Of a stretch of DNA of 64,000 nucleotides, positions 7,818 through 18,226 are shown piece after piece; position 1 is the first letter of the stretch; each line of letters starts with the position of its first letter. The stretch is taken from positions 13,269 to 77,268 of the forward strand of contig JAGHVJ010000011.1 in NCBI GenBank assembly GCA_018064365.1, written 5' to 3'. Below the pieces are notes generated by a model. It made no database searches. It saw only the letters and a program-made list of their open reading frames with translations, and had not been told where the DNA came from. The stretch comes from Candidatus Enterousia onthequi (lineage in GTDB: Bacteria; Pseudomonadota; Alphaproteobacteria; Rs-D84). Both the position numbers and the translations under genes were made by a program.

Positions 7818-9899
7818 CTACTCGTCCTCATCATCAACGACATTATCGTTTGCGCTTTCTTTCATAAGTTGTTCAAGTGTTTTTCCCTGATACTTCCACT
7901 TATCAATACCCCAATACTGTCCAGATTTTGTGCGCCGGTTTTTACGTGTTTCTATTTCACATGTTAATGGAGACAAATGGTATTCTTTATTCTCAAATTG
8001 TACAAGTTTATCACCAACGACTTCCGCTTTTATGTTATCATCATCAAAATAATATATTTCCTTTCCCACAAGTCCGAGCTGCTCAAACGAGAGTCTGTTA
8101 CCAGAACTTTTTTTGTCGGTACTATAGTTATTTGCTGCTTTAAATTTATCGGGTAGAGAAAGTAAATTATCTACAATGAGGTTTATTAAATATATAGCGC
8201 GATCTTTAATTTGTTCTTCACCCCAGTTCTGTTGATCCGTAATTTTATCTCGCGCTATTTGCATACCAGCACGATGTTCGTATATAAACTTTTTACAGTC
8301 ATCATCATCGGAATTATCGTTGGCAAAACGTTTATTTCCTAACTCTTGATTCCATCTGATTAAGGTTAAGTTTCCTATATTATTCAAATAATCATCATGA
8401 ATTTGCCTATGATTAGAACCAAGAGCAGAAACCCAATCATCGTTTAGCGTTTGTGGCATAATGTGTTCAATTTGCAATTTTGGGTCTTTTAGATCATGAC
8501 GGTGACGCGTTAATAATTCCTCAATCAATATGTAAATAAACTTACAAATCCTTAAATTATAGAAATTAGAATCAACACTTGATAAATAGCTTCTAACATC
8601 GTTATCGTTTGGAAGACGTGACGAATAGCGTTGATTTGATAGCAGAGACAGCATAGTTTCTTTTTTGTTGTCACTATTTATCAAATCATCATAATATTTA
8701 ACTAATAATGGGGCCTCTCTATTTTCACCATGCGCAACGCGCAAGATACGTCTGCGAGTAATATAAATAAATATTGCATCAAAAATTTGCAAACAATCTG
8801 AATCTGAGATTTTGTTTTCACTTCGTAATTGCAATACGCCCAACATAAAGGAATAGAAACCGGATGATTCAACTATTTTTAAATCTGATATTTTAGTATC
8901 AATTTCTTTGTTTCCACTTGATTTATAACCCGCAAGCACCGCATAATTTTCAGAATATTCAGACAATTTTTTGATTAGTTCCTCAGAATTTCCCCCCTCA
9001 AATAATTCCTTGAAATTTCGATAAAGCTCCTTATAGTTTGTCGCAGTTGCTTTTTTAAAGCTTGACATATCATCAAGTTGCATAAAATCTCTAATAAAAG
9101 CCGAAACAGAAAAATCGTTGTTGTTGCCAGATAAATTTGTTTCAATTTTTAACCAATAATCATGGTATAAACGCATTTGCGCGACTGCACTTTTACCCAA
9201 CAATAAATAATTTCTAACCAAATCAGCTAGTGAGAGCGGTTTTCCTAGAGAATTCATTGATTCAAAAATCTCTTGGGGTTTTTCCCATTTGTTTATATCC
9301 GGTTCAAGTTGTATCGTAACAATACTAAAATTTTCTAACCCGTTTTGGATGAGACTGGAAATAGTTTCTTGGTCCAGTTTTTCTAATTGAGATTTAAAAT
9401 AGGTATAATTTTGTGCAACTGCTGTATTAAGCTCTTTTGCATCTAACGGCTCTTTAAGAATGAGTTTTTTGTATGTATTCCAATCACTTTCTACTTGCTT
9501 AAGCTTGATTTTGCATTCAACATCTTTTTCGGATGCGTTATTGTTTTTTAAATACTTGGCTTCAATAAGATTTCCTAATTCATTATCTGTAACAACATCT
9601 CTAACGGCAATCATGAAAAGCATAATGGTGGTAAGACGCTGTTGGCCATCTACTAGTATAAGTTTTGATGGTTGACCAAAATATTGAGAACCTTCAGAAT
9701 AAAAAATGACCGTTCCAAAGAAATGCATGGTTGTCGTATTCGGATGGTCTTTGTTTGCTGCAGCAACTCTCACAATATCTTTATACAGAACCTCACAAGT
9801 TTGAACATCCCATTCATAATTACGTTGATACGGAGGAATAAAGAAAGTCACATCATTGTTCGATAATAAACCTAATATTTTACCATCATTACTACGCAT
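7818..9899 (-). CDS. GmrSD-family type IV (modification-dependent) restriction endonuclease: DUF262 + DUF1524 with an extra C-terminal domain
   Basis: N-terminal DUF262 motifs FFIPPYQRNYEWD and VDGQQRLTT. C-terminal HNH-like DUF1524 motifs QIEHIMPQ and NIGNLTLIRWNQELGNK. About 110 further residues follow (possible RAMA/DUF4357-like). Confidence 0.75.
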   Translation of the reverse strand: MRSNDGKILGLLSNNDVTFFIPPYQRNYEWDVQTCEVLYKDIVRVAAANKDHPNTTTMHFFGTVIFYSEGSQYFGQPSKLILVDGQQRLTTIMLFMIAVRDVVTDNELGNLIEAKYLKNNNASEKDVECKIKLKQVESDWNTYKKLILKEPLDAKELNTAVAQNYTYFKSQLEKLDQETISSLIQNGLENFSIVTIQLEPDINKWEKPQEIFESMNSLGKPLSLADLVRNYLLLGKSAVAQMRLYHDYWLKIETNLSGNNNDFSVSAFIRDFMQLDDMSSFKKATATNYKELYRNFKELFEGGNSEELIKKLSEYSENYAVLAGYKSSGNKEIDTKISDLKIVESSGFYSFMLGVLQLRSENKISDSDCLQIFDAIFIYITRRRILRVAHGENREAPLLVKYYDDLINSDNKKETMLSLLSNQRYSSRLPNDNDVRSYLSSVDSNFYNLRICKFIYILIEELLTRHRHDLKDPKLQIEHIMPQTLNDDWVSALGSNHRQIHDDYLNNIGNLTLIRWNQELGNKRFANDNSDDDDCKKFIYEHRAGMQIARDKITDQQNWGEEQIKDRAIYLINLIVDNLLSLPDKFKAANNYSTDKKSSGNRLSFEQLGLVGKEIYYFDDDNIKAEVVGDKLVQFENKEYHLSPLTCEIETRKNRRTKSGQYWGIDKWKYQGKTLEQLMKESANDNVVDDEDE

Positions 9900-10084
9900 T
9901 GTTCATCCTTATAGTAGATAATTCAGATTACACGCGTCGAATTATATCATAAATTTGTTTTTTTTGCAATTTTATATAGTTTACAAACAATTAGCTACTT
10001 ATTGTCAATTGTTATACAAATAGGAAAACATTGGTTTCATAATAAAACACTAGACTTTCAAGAAGCTAATGAACCTCATTCGTT

Positions 10085-10777
10085 TTATAGATTAGAAAGT
10101 ATTTTTCGTTCCATTTTGGATTCTATCTGCTTCCAGTTTGGTATTTTTGATTCTAACAAATTATAGAAAGCAGAATTATGTTCTTTGTAATAATAATGAC
10201 ATAATTCATGTACTATTATAAAATCGATCGCGGATTTTGATGCTTGTATAAGACAAGGGTTTAATATGATCGTATTGGATTTTCTTAAGTAGCTTCCCCA
10301 TCTGCGTGTTAATTTACGTAATTTAAGCTTCGGTTTTGCCACTTTGTCAAACATAGCATGAACAGCATCTAAACGCTCTTGAAATATCGTTATTGCCCTA
10401 TTATTTAACCATTCGTCTAACACCTGTTGATTTTCTGTTTCTTTGTCTATGAATGGGACATTCAGAATTATTTTATTTTTCTCTATTTTTACAAATTTTT
10501 GTAAATTCTTTCTGACGATTAACTGATATTGTCGCCCGAGATATAGCACCGAACTGCCCGATAACTTAGTTATGTTTGTACAGTTACAAAACTGTTGAAA
10601 ATAACACAATTGTTTTTTCAACCACAATCTTCTTTTGACAATAAAACGATCAACCTCTTCATCTGTTGCTTGCCACGGAACTTTGACAACGACCCTCATA
10701 TCTGGGAACACACGAATAGATAGACTTTTTCGCGTTTCTCTTATCAATTCCGCCGAACAGATGTCTTTGATAATCAT
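10085..10777 (-). CDS. DUF45 / YgjP-like HExxH metal-dependent hydrolase
   Basis: IVHELCHYYYKEH (HExxH). It starts 2 nt after hsdR, a placement I know as typical for this family. Confidence 0.7.
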   Translation of the reverse strand: MIIKDICSAELIRETRKSLSIRVFPDMRVVVKVPWQATDEEVDRFIVKRRLWLKKQLCYFQQFCNCTNITKLSGSSVLYLGRQYQLIVRKNLQKFVKIEKNKIILNVPFIDKETENQQVLDEWLNNRAITIFQERLDAVHAMFDKVAKPKLKLRKLTRRWGSYLRKSNTIILNPCLIQASKSAIDFIIVHELCHYYYKEHNSAFYNLLESKIPNWKQIESKMERKILSNL

Positions 10778-10778
10778 T

Positions 10779-13700
10779 TTATATATTATCCTTATTCTCT
10801 ACTGCTAACTCCCAGCATTTCTGCGCAATTGACTCCGCTTGTTGTGGTGTAATATTCGCATTCACTTCATCTAACAAAAAGTCCTCTATTTCTATCAACA
10901 CAGCTCTTTTCACAGATATATTGCTTTCAAAATCCACAATTTTATGCATCTGAATTACGCGTACTATATGCTTTATTACATCTGCAAATTCGTCTTTACT
11001 CAGTCCTGTATTCTCAACAAAATTCCATGTATTTCTAAAGAATGCATGCGTATTTTTTTGTTCGCGTAACATTTCTGGGATATCAGAATCCTCGTAATTT
11101 TCAACTTGTGATTGAATAGCCTTAGCCTGATCAAATAATGTTGCTATATCTTCAGCTTTGGCATTTCTCAATTCTTCCAATAATTTTTGAATTCTGTCAG
11201 AGAAATTCTTATAAAACACCTCGTCTTGTTTGTAGCGTTCACTGATAACCCGACTTGTTTGAGCGGCTATGGCCTTGGCCTGTGATCGTTTTGATAACCC
11301 ATTCTTTTGGTCTTCTATAAACTGATTAAATTCTCGCATATCCATCAAGCTAATTTCCTGAGACAACACTTCCACATCATTGGCAGTCACATATTTGTCC
11401 AGCAATTTACGCAATTGGTCTTTATATTTTGAAAAATCAACCTTTTCGCCATTTGCCAATTGAGTAGTTTTCTTGATTTCTACAAAACGTTTCAGATCCA
11501 TTTTGTAACGTTTCAATTTTTCTTCATCAAATTTATCGTAGAAGTCATATAAACAAGAACATGCAGAAAATGTTTTTATAAAATTATTTACATTTTCGTA
11601 AAATTCTTTCTTTAATTCTTCATTATTTGGTTCCAACAACTTCTGTACATAAGCATCTGTATTGTGAATATCTTTGATGTCCGCAAAAGTTCCGTGTAAT
11701 TTTTGATATAAACTTTCTAATACTTTGATTTGTTCATCAGTGTCTAACAAAGCCCTGTTTATATCGCTTGGATCATAATTCGAGAATAATTCCAGCGCAT
11801 TTTTCAGATTCTTAGCATTTTTCGAATAATCAACAATCAAACCATTCGTCTTTGATTGTTTACCTTCGTCACCGTCAAACAACCTATTTACACGTGCAAT
11901 TGCTTGCAACAAATTATGGTCACGCAATTGTTTTGCTAAATACAATACGGTATCACGTGGGGCGTCAAATCCTGTCAGCAATTTATCCACAACAATTAAC
12001 AATTCAATACCTTCGGGATTCTTCTTAAAATCGCTGATTATTTGTTTTTCGCGTGACTCTAACGAACCATATTTGCGTTTTTGTTCCTGTAAATATCGTT
12101 CTACAACCGCCTTTTGTTCTGGCAGCTTATCTTCATCCGCTTCGCTGGTTTGTGTATCAGATATAACTACTGCCGAATTTATACCACCCAACATTTCCAA
12201 CGCATTTTGGAACATAACCGCTGCATATTTGGATGGAGCGACCAGCTGTCCCTTTAAGCCGGTACCCTGGAAATACTTTGTATAATGATCATAAACATCT
12301 TCTGCAATCATATCTATGCGCTGTGATGTTTCTTCTAAAACCGATGCAGAAACGCACTTTTTTTCAAAATCTTTACGTTCTGATTCAGACATAGGTTTGG
12401 ATATGCGGTCATAGAATTTATTAACAATCGGGTTGACTTCTTGATCCACAAACCGTCCTTGATATACCAACGGCAAAATAGCACCATCCGCCTCAGCTTC
12501 AGATATTGTATATGAATCAATAATACCACCAAACTTTGTTTCTGTTGTACGTTTCTTTTTTGTCATCAATGGTGTTCCGGTAAATGCTATTTGACATGCA
12601 TTTGGTAACATTAAATTCATGTTTGCATCATCTTCACCACCATGGGTTCTGTGCGCCTCGTCTATCAAGACAAATATATTGTTATCTGTATCTTTGAATT
12701 TAGTTGGTTCGAACTTCTGAACCAAAGTGGTTATCACATCCGTGGTTTTCTTTTTGATTTTATCTTCTAGGTCCTTGCATGATGTTGCCTGTTGAACTCC
12801 AACTTTGATATTGCATGCATTAAAAGTATCACGGATCTGTCTATCCAAATCTGTACGATCTGTCACAACTATAACACGTGGATTTTGAATATGTTCAATC
12901 AAATTCTTGGTCAACATAACCATTGTCAAAGACTTACCAGATCCCTGGGTATGCCAAATCACACCGCCTTGGCGTTTACCCTTTTCATCTGTTTTTTCTA
13001 TACGTTCCAAAGTCTTTTTTATTGCAAAGTATTGCTGATATCTTGGTAATTTCTTCACACCATTATCGTAAATCACAAAATTACGTACAATGTCCAACAT
13101 ACGTGTCGGTTCCAGCAAACTGTAAATACCATAATCTTGTGCTGTTAGGGACTGTTTTTCACCTTGAACATAATCACTACGGTTCAAATCAGACAACATT
13201 TGAGATAAATCACTTTCAGATATCTTTTTGTTCACAGAATTAAACACATCATCTTGGAATGTTGGACTTTCATATTTTTCTTTCCACACAGAATAAAACT
13301 CACGTGGGGTTAACATTGTCCCGTATTTTAATTCATTGATATTGGCCGCTATCAAGATTTGTGGATATATAAAGAACTTTGGTGTTTGGTTTCCCGATTG
13401 GTTGCGTATCATCTGTTTAACCGCTTCGTCAACAGATACAGATGCTTTTTTGTTTTCAATCACCGCAAATGGAATTCCATTTACAAACAACACTATATCA
13501 GGACGACGGTTTTGTTCCTCTGATATTTCGAATTCTGGAACCACATGAAATTTATTTTTTTCCGGCTCGTCCCAATTTACAAATCTAAGCTGCGGAGATG
13601 TTTTTTTACCGTCAATTATTTCGGATACACCAACACCAGCCAATAAATTAGAGAATAACGTTTCCGATGCTTTGATAATACCATCATCCATCTTTATCTT

Positions 13701-13946
13701 TTCAAGATCCAAAATGGCTTCACGGATACTGGCGTCTGAGATTTTTGCCGGTTCATTTATTTCACGCAATGCATCGAAAGCAATATCACGCAAAATATAC
13801 TGTCCGTGCGATTCACGCATTTTATCAACTTCACGACGCGGAATATAAATATATCCCATATTGATTAACTGAATAAGTGCAGGAATTTGACTGCTAGACG
13901 CTTCATCAAAATCTGGTAAAAAATAAGTATTATCAGTATATTTCAT
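10779..13946 (-). CDS. hsdR: type I restriction enzyme R subunit
   Basis: 1055 aa with helicase motif I (HTQGSGKSLTM) and motif II DEAH (LIDEAHRTH). It sits in an operon with hsdM and hsdS. Confidence 0.9.
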   Translation of the reverse strand: MKYTDNTYFLPDFDEASSSQIPALIQLINMGYIYIPRREVDKMRESHGQYILRDIAFDALREINEPAKISDASIREAILDLEKIKMDDGIIKASETLFSNLLAGVGVSEIIDGKKTSPQLRFVNWDEPEKNKFHVVPEFEISEEQNRRPDIVLFVNGIPFAVIENKKASVSVDEAVKQMIRNQSGNQTPKFFIYPQILIAANINELKYGTMLTPREFYSVWKEKYESPTFQDDVFNSVNKKISESDLSQMLSDLNRSDYVQGEKQSLTAQDYGIYSLLEPTRMLDIVRNFVIYDNGVKKLPRYQQYFAIKKTLERIEKTDEKGKRQGGVIWHTQGSGKSLTMVMLTKNLIEHIQNPRVIVVTDRTDLDRQIRDTFNACNIKVGVQQATSCKDLEDKIKKKTTDVITTLVQKFEPTKFKDTDNNIFVLIDEAHRTHGGEDDANMNLMLPNACQIAFTGTPLMTKKKRTTETKFGGIIDSYTISEAEADGAILPLVYQGRFVDQEVNPIVNKFYDRISKPMSESERKDFEKKCVSASVLEETSQRIDMIAEDVYDHYTKYFQGTGLKGQLVAPSKYAAVMFQNALEMLGGINSAVVISDTQTSEADEDKLPEQKAVVERYLQEQKRKYGSLESREKQIISDFKKNPEGIELLIVVDKLLTGFDAPRDTVLYLAKQLRDHNLLQAIARVNRLFDGDEGKQSKTNGLIVDYSKNAKNLKNALELFSNYDPSDINRALLDTDEQIKVLESLYQKLHGTFADIKDIHNTDAYVQKLLEPNNEELKKEFYENVNNFIKTFSACSCLYDFYDKFDEEKLKRYKMDLKRFVEIKKTTQLANGEKVDFSKYKDQLRKLLDKYVTANDVEVLSQEISLMDMREFNQFIEDQKNGLSKRSQAKAIAAQTSRVISERYKQDEVFYKNFSDRIQKLLEELRNAKAEDIATLFDQAKAIQSQVENYEDSDIPEMLREQKNTHAFFRNTWNFVENTGLSKDEFADVIKHIVRVIQMHKIVDFESNISVKRAVLIEIEDFLLDEVNANITPQQAESIAQKCWELAVENKDNI

Positions 13947-13963
13947 TTTTGTTTCTCTTTTTA

Positions 13964-15172
13964 TTAGCTGTTCTTTTTTTGTAATAATTCATAAAAGTTC
14001 TTTAGCCTATTATAAAATTCATCGTAAAGGACAAAAGATATATTTTTTAAACTTTCTCGTAACATTTTAAAATCTTGTTTTTGCTTTTCATTTTTTAACT
14101 GCTTAGAATGCCCAGCAATAATTATTGCTTTAGGACGAATGATTTCCACATCTTTATTTGTTTGTGTTTTTATGGTACGAATAATGTCAGAAGCTCCATC
14201 TTGTATTTGTTTTATATATTTTTCAGCCTGTGCGATAACTTTTACAATATCTGAATGCCAATAATAATTATCATGACTCGCATCATAATTTAAAAGATTT
14301 GTTTTCGTTATTTTTAATTCATAAATATCTATGTAATTATGCAAGTCCAACATCATAAGATCTGGTTTTTTTGTAGAAAACACAGAAATGTTTACTTTTG
14401 AAAGGTTTTCTACATATCCTGTGTCAAAAACTCTTATATATTTTTCAAAAAACAACTGCCACTTTTGTTCATTTGGTTCTTCTGCAAGTAATTTTTTATA
14501 CTCCCCTAAAATATCTTCTAATGTTTTTATTCTGATCTTATCCTTCATACCAATCAAAACACGCTCATTTACGTCTTGACGCTTAAATCTGTTGGATAAA
14601 GAAACAGCAAAATTTGTTATCTTTGCTACATCTTGTTCTGTCAAATTATCTGTATTTATTGTATCTATGGCATTCAATAAAAAACTTTTGTTTGTTTTAG
14701 GAAGAGCTATTTCATCTTCAGAAAAGACCTGGGGGAATATTTCATTTAATATCTGAAATAATTTTCCGTTTAATTCTATTTGAGACTGCCTTGTCATATC
14801 AATAACAGTTTGTCTTAACTTTTTAAAATCTATTATATTTAAAGTAAGTTTGTCTGATGATATAGAAGACCCTTGTTTTAGAGATATAACAAGAGTAGAA
14901 AAACTCTTTTGTTTAATAAACTTATTTAAATAATATGTTAATCTGGTTGTTTTAAAATTTCCACCTTTGGGTTTTACAAAATCTGGCAAACAAGCAAAAC
15001 CTTCTAAAATCACAGCATTAGTATCCAAAGACGCTATATAATATTCAATGATTTTTTTTACTTTATCTACGACATAAATATCCGTACGTTTATCTTCATC
15101 ATCCTTTATATAATAAAACACCTTGTCGTTTTTACTTTCATGAAAAACATCTATATTTGTACCGTATGCCAT
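13964..15172 (-). CDS. DUF4263 / Shedu (SduA)-like PD-(D/E)xK nuclease-family protein
   Basis: 402 aa. Candidate PD-(D/E)xK core KPDLMMLD...IDIYELKITK. The C-terminal pattern AIIIAG...ISFVLYDEFYNRL resembles the end of DUF4263 as I remember it. Confidence 0.5.
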   Translation of the reverse strand: MAYGTNIDVFHESKNDKVFYYIKDDEDKRTDIYVVDKVKKIIEYYIASLDTNAVILEGFACLPDFVKPKGGNFKTTRLTYYLNKFIKQKSFSTLVISLKQGSSISSDKLTLNIIDFKKLRQTVIDMTRQSQIELNGKLFQILNEIFPQVFSEDEIALPKTNKSFLLNAIDTINTDNLTEQDVAKITNFAVSLSNRFKRQDVNERVLIGMKDKIRIKTLEDILGEYKKLLAEEPNEQKWQLFFEKYIRVFDTGYVENLSKVNISVFSTKKPDLMMLDLHNYIDIYELKITKTNLLNYDASHDNYYWHSDIVKVIAQAEKYIKQIQDGASDIIRTIKTQTNKDVEIIRPKAIIIAGHSKQLKNEKQKQDFKMLRESLKNISFVLYDEFYNRLKNFYELLQKKNS

Positions 15173-15184
15173 ATAAATTCCTTT

Positions 15185-16123
15185 TTATTTTTCTATAAAT
15201 ACTAATTGTGTTTTTCTATCAAACACATCTTCTAAAACTTGACCATTTGGGAACCGAATTGGAACAGAAAAAGCACCGCTACAAGTACGTTCTCCTTCAA
15301 ACACCGGTATGTAAAAATCTGCTTCGTCTTCTATTCTGACATCAAAAGTATTTCTGACTAAATTGCTACAAGCATCATTTTCATGATATAACAAATATGG
15401 CGAATATCGAACACAAAACATAATAATATTGGCACACACTGCATTCAAACAATTTTCTAATGTCGCTAAATTAAACGCGTCATTTCTATTGTGTTTTGTT
15501 TTATTGTAGGCATCATACCAATCCAATTTATCTGTTTCCCAATTTTTAAATGGATTACAATCATATTTTACAGAATAACTGACCAGCGCAATTTTATATT
15601 TCGACAAATCAATTAGTTTTAATATCTGTTTATAGTCAGATATTCTTTCATTTTTTCCGAATTTATAGTTTTTAAATGTACATTCCAAATCAGTACAAGC
15701 CAAAATTAACAATTCTCGTAATTTATGACTGTATGCTTTTAATCCATTTTCAGAAGGTTCAATATACATCAACACATCTTGCAATCTTTGAATCAATATT
15801 GATAAATTACGTTTTGCCCGACAAAGTTCATAAACATCTATATCTAATTCTTTTTCTATATTTTCCTGTAACAACGGTTTCCAGATGTGCTTTTTCTTAA
15901 CACCAATTTCTATGCGTTTTTTATCTTCGATTTGATATTGATATGCGTTTTTGATTACCAGATCAATATCATATCTATTATCAACAATAACAACACTGTG
16001 AATACCTGGGGCAAAATCCGTGTGTTTTACATCAATAAAAACACGTTGATTTTTATCGTTTTTATATGCAATCAAAGATTCTTTGCCATGTTTTGCCTTG
16101 GCAAATGTCACTTCTGTTAACAT
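15185..16123 (-). CDS. hypothetical protein embedded in the type I R-M operon
   Basis: 312-aa ORF overlapping the hsdS stop by 7 nt. It has a conserved-looking helical segment WYDAYNKTKHNRNDAF (possibly HEPN-like). I recognise no family. Confidence 0.5.
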   Translation of the reverse strand: MLTEVTFAKAKHGKESLIAYKNDKNQRVFIDVKHTDFAPGIHSVVIVDNRYDIDLVIKNAYQYQIEDKKRIEIGVKKKHIWKPLLQENIEKELDIDVYELCRAKRNLSILIQRLQDVLMYIEPSENGLKAYSHKLRELLILACTDLECTFKNYKFGKNERISDYKQILKLIDLSKYKIALVSYSVKYDCNPFKNWETDKLDWYDAYNKTKHNRNDAFNLATLENCLNAVCANIIMFCVRYSPYLLYHENDACSNLVRNTFDVRIEDEADFYIPVFEGERTCSGAFSVPIRFPNGQVLEDVFDRKTQLVFIEK

Positions 16124-17328
16124 GTTGCCGCATCCACCTTTACACGTATTTCGCCGGTCAGTAATTTTTGCATCAGCCCACGTTTTTGTTCTTTTAATAA
16201 TTCCAACTGTTGGTTTAACAAATCAATTTCTGAATCAGCCTTGGACAATACGTCAGCAATAGCTTTTTGTTCTGCAAGTTCCGTTGGCACAAACAACACA
16301 CACTTTTCCACATCTCGTTTTGCCAATCCTAGTTGTGCAGACCCCGTAGAAACCCTTCGCATATATTTATTCACACCAAATGAATTGATTAGATTTGAAA
16401 TAAATTTGGCACACTCTACACTTGTTACACGTATTTTAAAGACGTGATCACCTAAAATATATTTATTATTATAATCAATAACTACTGTTTTCCCTATGAT
16501 ATTACCACCACCAATGTCGTCTTTTGGCATTATAAGGTCATCACGTATTAAAAAGTCACCTTCATAATCTGTTTGTTTTTTTGCTATAAGTGTCGCCTCA
16601 TTTGAAACAGCTCCCATATCAACAATAAGATATGGTCCAGTTTCTTTTATATATTGTGATTTGCTGACCGCTGTTGCGATATGTGTTATATCGCCAATTT
16701 TTTTATTTTGCCACGGTTTAGTAAAACCTGGCAGGCGTTGGGTGCCGGATAGCAACCGTTGCATCAGGCCACGTTTTAATTCTTTCTTTTCTGCAATCAG
16801 TCCTGTCAATGCTTCAATCGCCCGATCCCAAGTCCCCAATATCTCCGCAATCTTTTTTTGTTCTGTGATATTATCGGGATATAAAACAAGACACTTTCCG
16901 ATTTCGTCTTTATTTATCTTTTCTGGGAAAGCGACGTGTAATGTGCGTTTCCATAGTTCAAATTGAAAATAATTACTTTGAATGAAGTAAAATAAATATT
17001 CTGGGACAACGTCACGTTTTAATTTTAACAACGCCAATGTAACATAATAAGCAAAATCTTCATCGGTTTTTAACAAAAAAGGTATTCCTATACGACCTAT
17101 GCGTGTCATAAAAATATCGTTTTTGTTAGGGCGTATTTTAAAATTATTTTCAAATGCTTGATGTGTTATATATTTTGTGGAGGCACTGGGATCAGAAATA
17201 TCTTCAGCACTGATAAATTTTATACCATGGTCAACATATTCCGGTGTCTGATGTGTTCCATCAAAAACATCGGCAACATTACCCAATTTATTTATTTTCC
17301 AGTCAAACGGTACGTTATTCATTTGCAT
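16117..17328 (-). CDS. hsdS: type I R-M specificity subunit with two target-recognition domains
   Basis: 403 aa. The conserved central and C-terminal coiled-coil repeats are EQKKIAEILGTWDRAIE...KKELKRGLMQRLLSG and EQKAIADVLSKADSEIDLL...EQKRGLMQKLLTG. Confidence 0.85.
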   Translation of the reverse strand: MQMNNVPFDWKINKLGNVADVFDGTHQTPEYVDHGIKFISAEDISDPSASTKYITHQAFENNFKIRPNKNDIFMTRIGRIGIPFLLKTDEDFAYYVTLALLKLKRDVVPEYLFYFIQSNYFQFELWKRTLHVAFPEKINKDEIGKCLVLYPDNITEQKKIAEILGTWDRAIEALTGLIAEKKELKRGLMQRLLSGTQRLPGFTKPWQNKKIGDITHIATAVSKSQYIKETGPYLIVDMGAVSNEATLIAKKQTDYEGDFLIRDDLIMPKDDIGGGNIIGKTVVIDYNNKYILGDHVFKIRVTSVECAKFISNLINSFGVNKYMRRVSTGSAQLGLAKRDVEKCVLFVPTELAEQKAIADVLSKADSEIDLLNQQLELLKEQKRGLMQKLLTGEIRVKVDAATC

Positions 17329-17422
17329 GTTATACCCTTATAATATAGTTATTGCTTTTTTTACCTTTTATGTTATAATCTCAATGAACCACTGAAAGTG
17401 ACTCGTTCACCGTAGGTGGTGT

Positions 17423-18217
17423 TTATTTTGGATGTACCATTATCCCGTACTCATCATTCGAAGCCGCTCTTAGATTCAAAACGGGCTTCAGTAATTCCAA
17501 ACATTCTTTAATGACTTCTTCAGTCAACGCCGCAGGCACTCTATTTCCCCAAGGAGAATGATTTAGTTGCTTTAACTCATGTAAATATACAATAAACGAT
17601 ACCAAATCCGCCAGTTGAACAAAGAATGATTCAGCCGAATTCTTCGGCAACGGATCTTCCAACAGTTTTGTTATATTGTTACTGTACGGCGTAGAAGAAA
17701 AATGCGATTGTATAAAATTTTGTTTTTGGATTTTTCTTGTGGTCTTTACCATTTTACCTACACGACCTTCGTCTGTTATAATTATAAATTTGTGTGAAGC
17801 GTCCATTTGTTTTAGATCATTTTCTATTCTTTGAACATTGAATGTTAATGCATTATTCAAAATATCGTAATCGCTTTTCCTTATAACTTTTTTGTTGATT
17901 ACCACGTTTATTATTTTGATATCCAATGTTGCGATCATAGCACAAAACTTTTTCAGAATATCTACTCTGGTTTCTTCATCGAGACCGTATGTCACATATG
18001 GTTTTTTATTTAAAACAAAATTTTTCGTATGAAATTCAGTGCGAACTTTTATACCTGTACGTTCTTTTAATTCTCTTCTAAACTGTACAATTTTATTGTA
18101 ATTATCCTTCCATGTTTGATAATGCATATACACAGAAGTCAAAACAAATAATTCTGATGCATAATGTGGAAATCCATCATCACCAGTTTCATCAAAATAA
18201 GATATAAACATGCCCAT
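17423..18217 (-). CDS. DUF3800-like protein
   Basis: 264 aa. The N-terminus FISYFDETGDDG matches the Y-x-D-E-S/T-G start characteristic of DUF3800. It lies between hsdM and hsdS. Confidence 0.55.
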   Translation of the reverse strand: MGMFISYFDETGDDGFPHYASELFVLTSVYMHYQTWKDNYNKIVQFRRELKERTGIKVRTEFHTKNFVLNKKPYVTYGLDEETRVDILKKFCAMIATLDIKIINVVINKKVIRKSDYDILNNALTFNVQRIENDLKQMDASHKFIIITDEGRVGKMVKTTRKIQKQNFIQSHFSSTPYSNNITKLLEDPLPKNSAESFFVQLADLVSFIVYLHELKQLNHSPWGNRVPAALTEEVIKECLELLKPVLNLRAASNDEYGIMVHPK

Positions 18218-18226
18218 TTTTACCCC

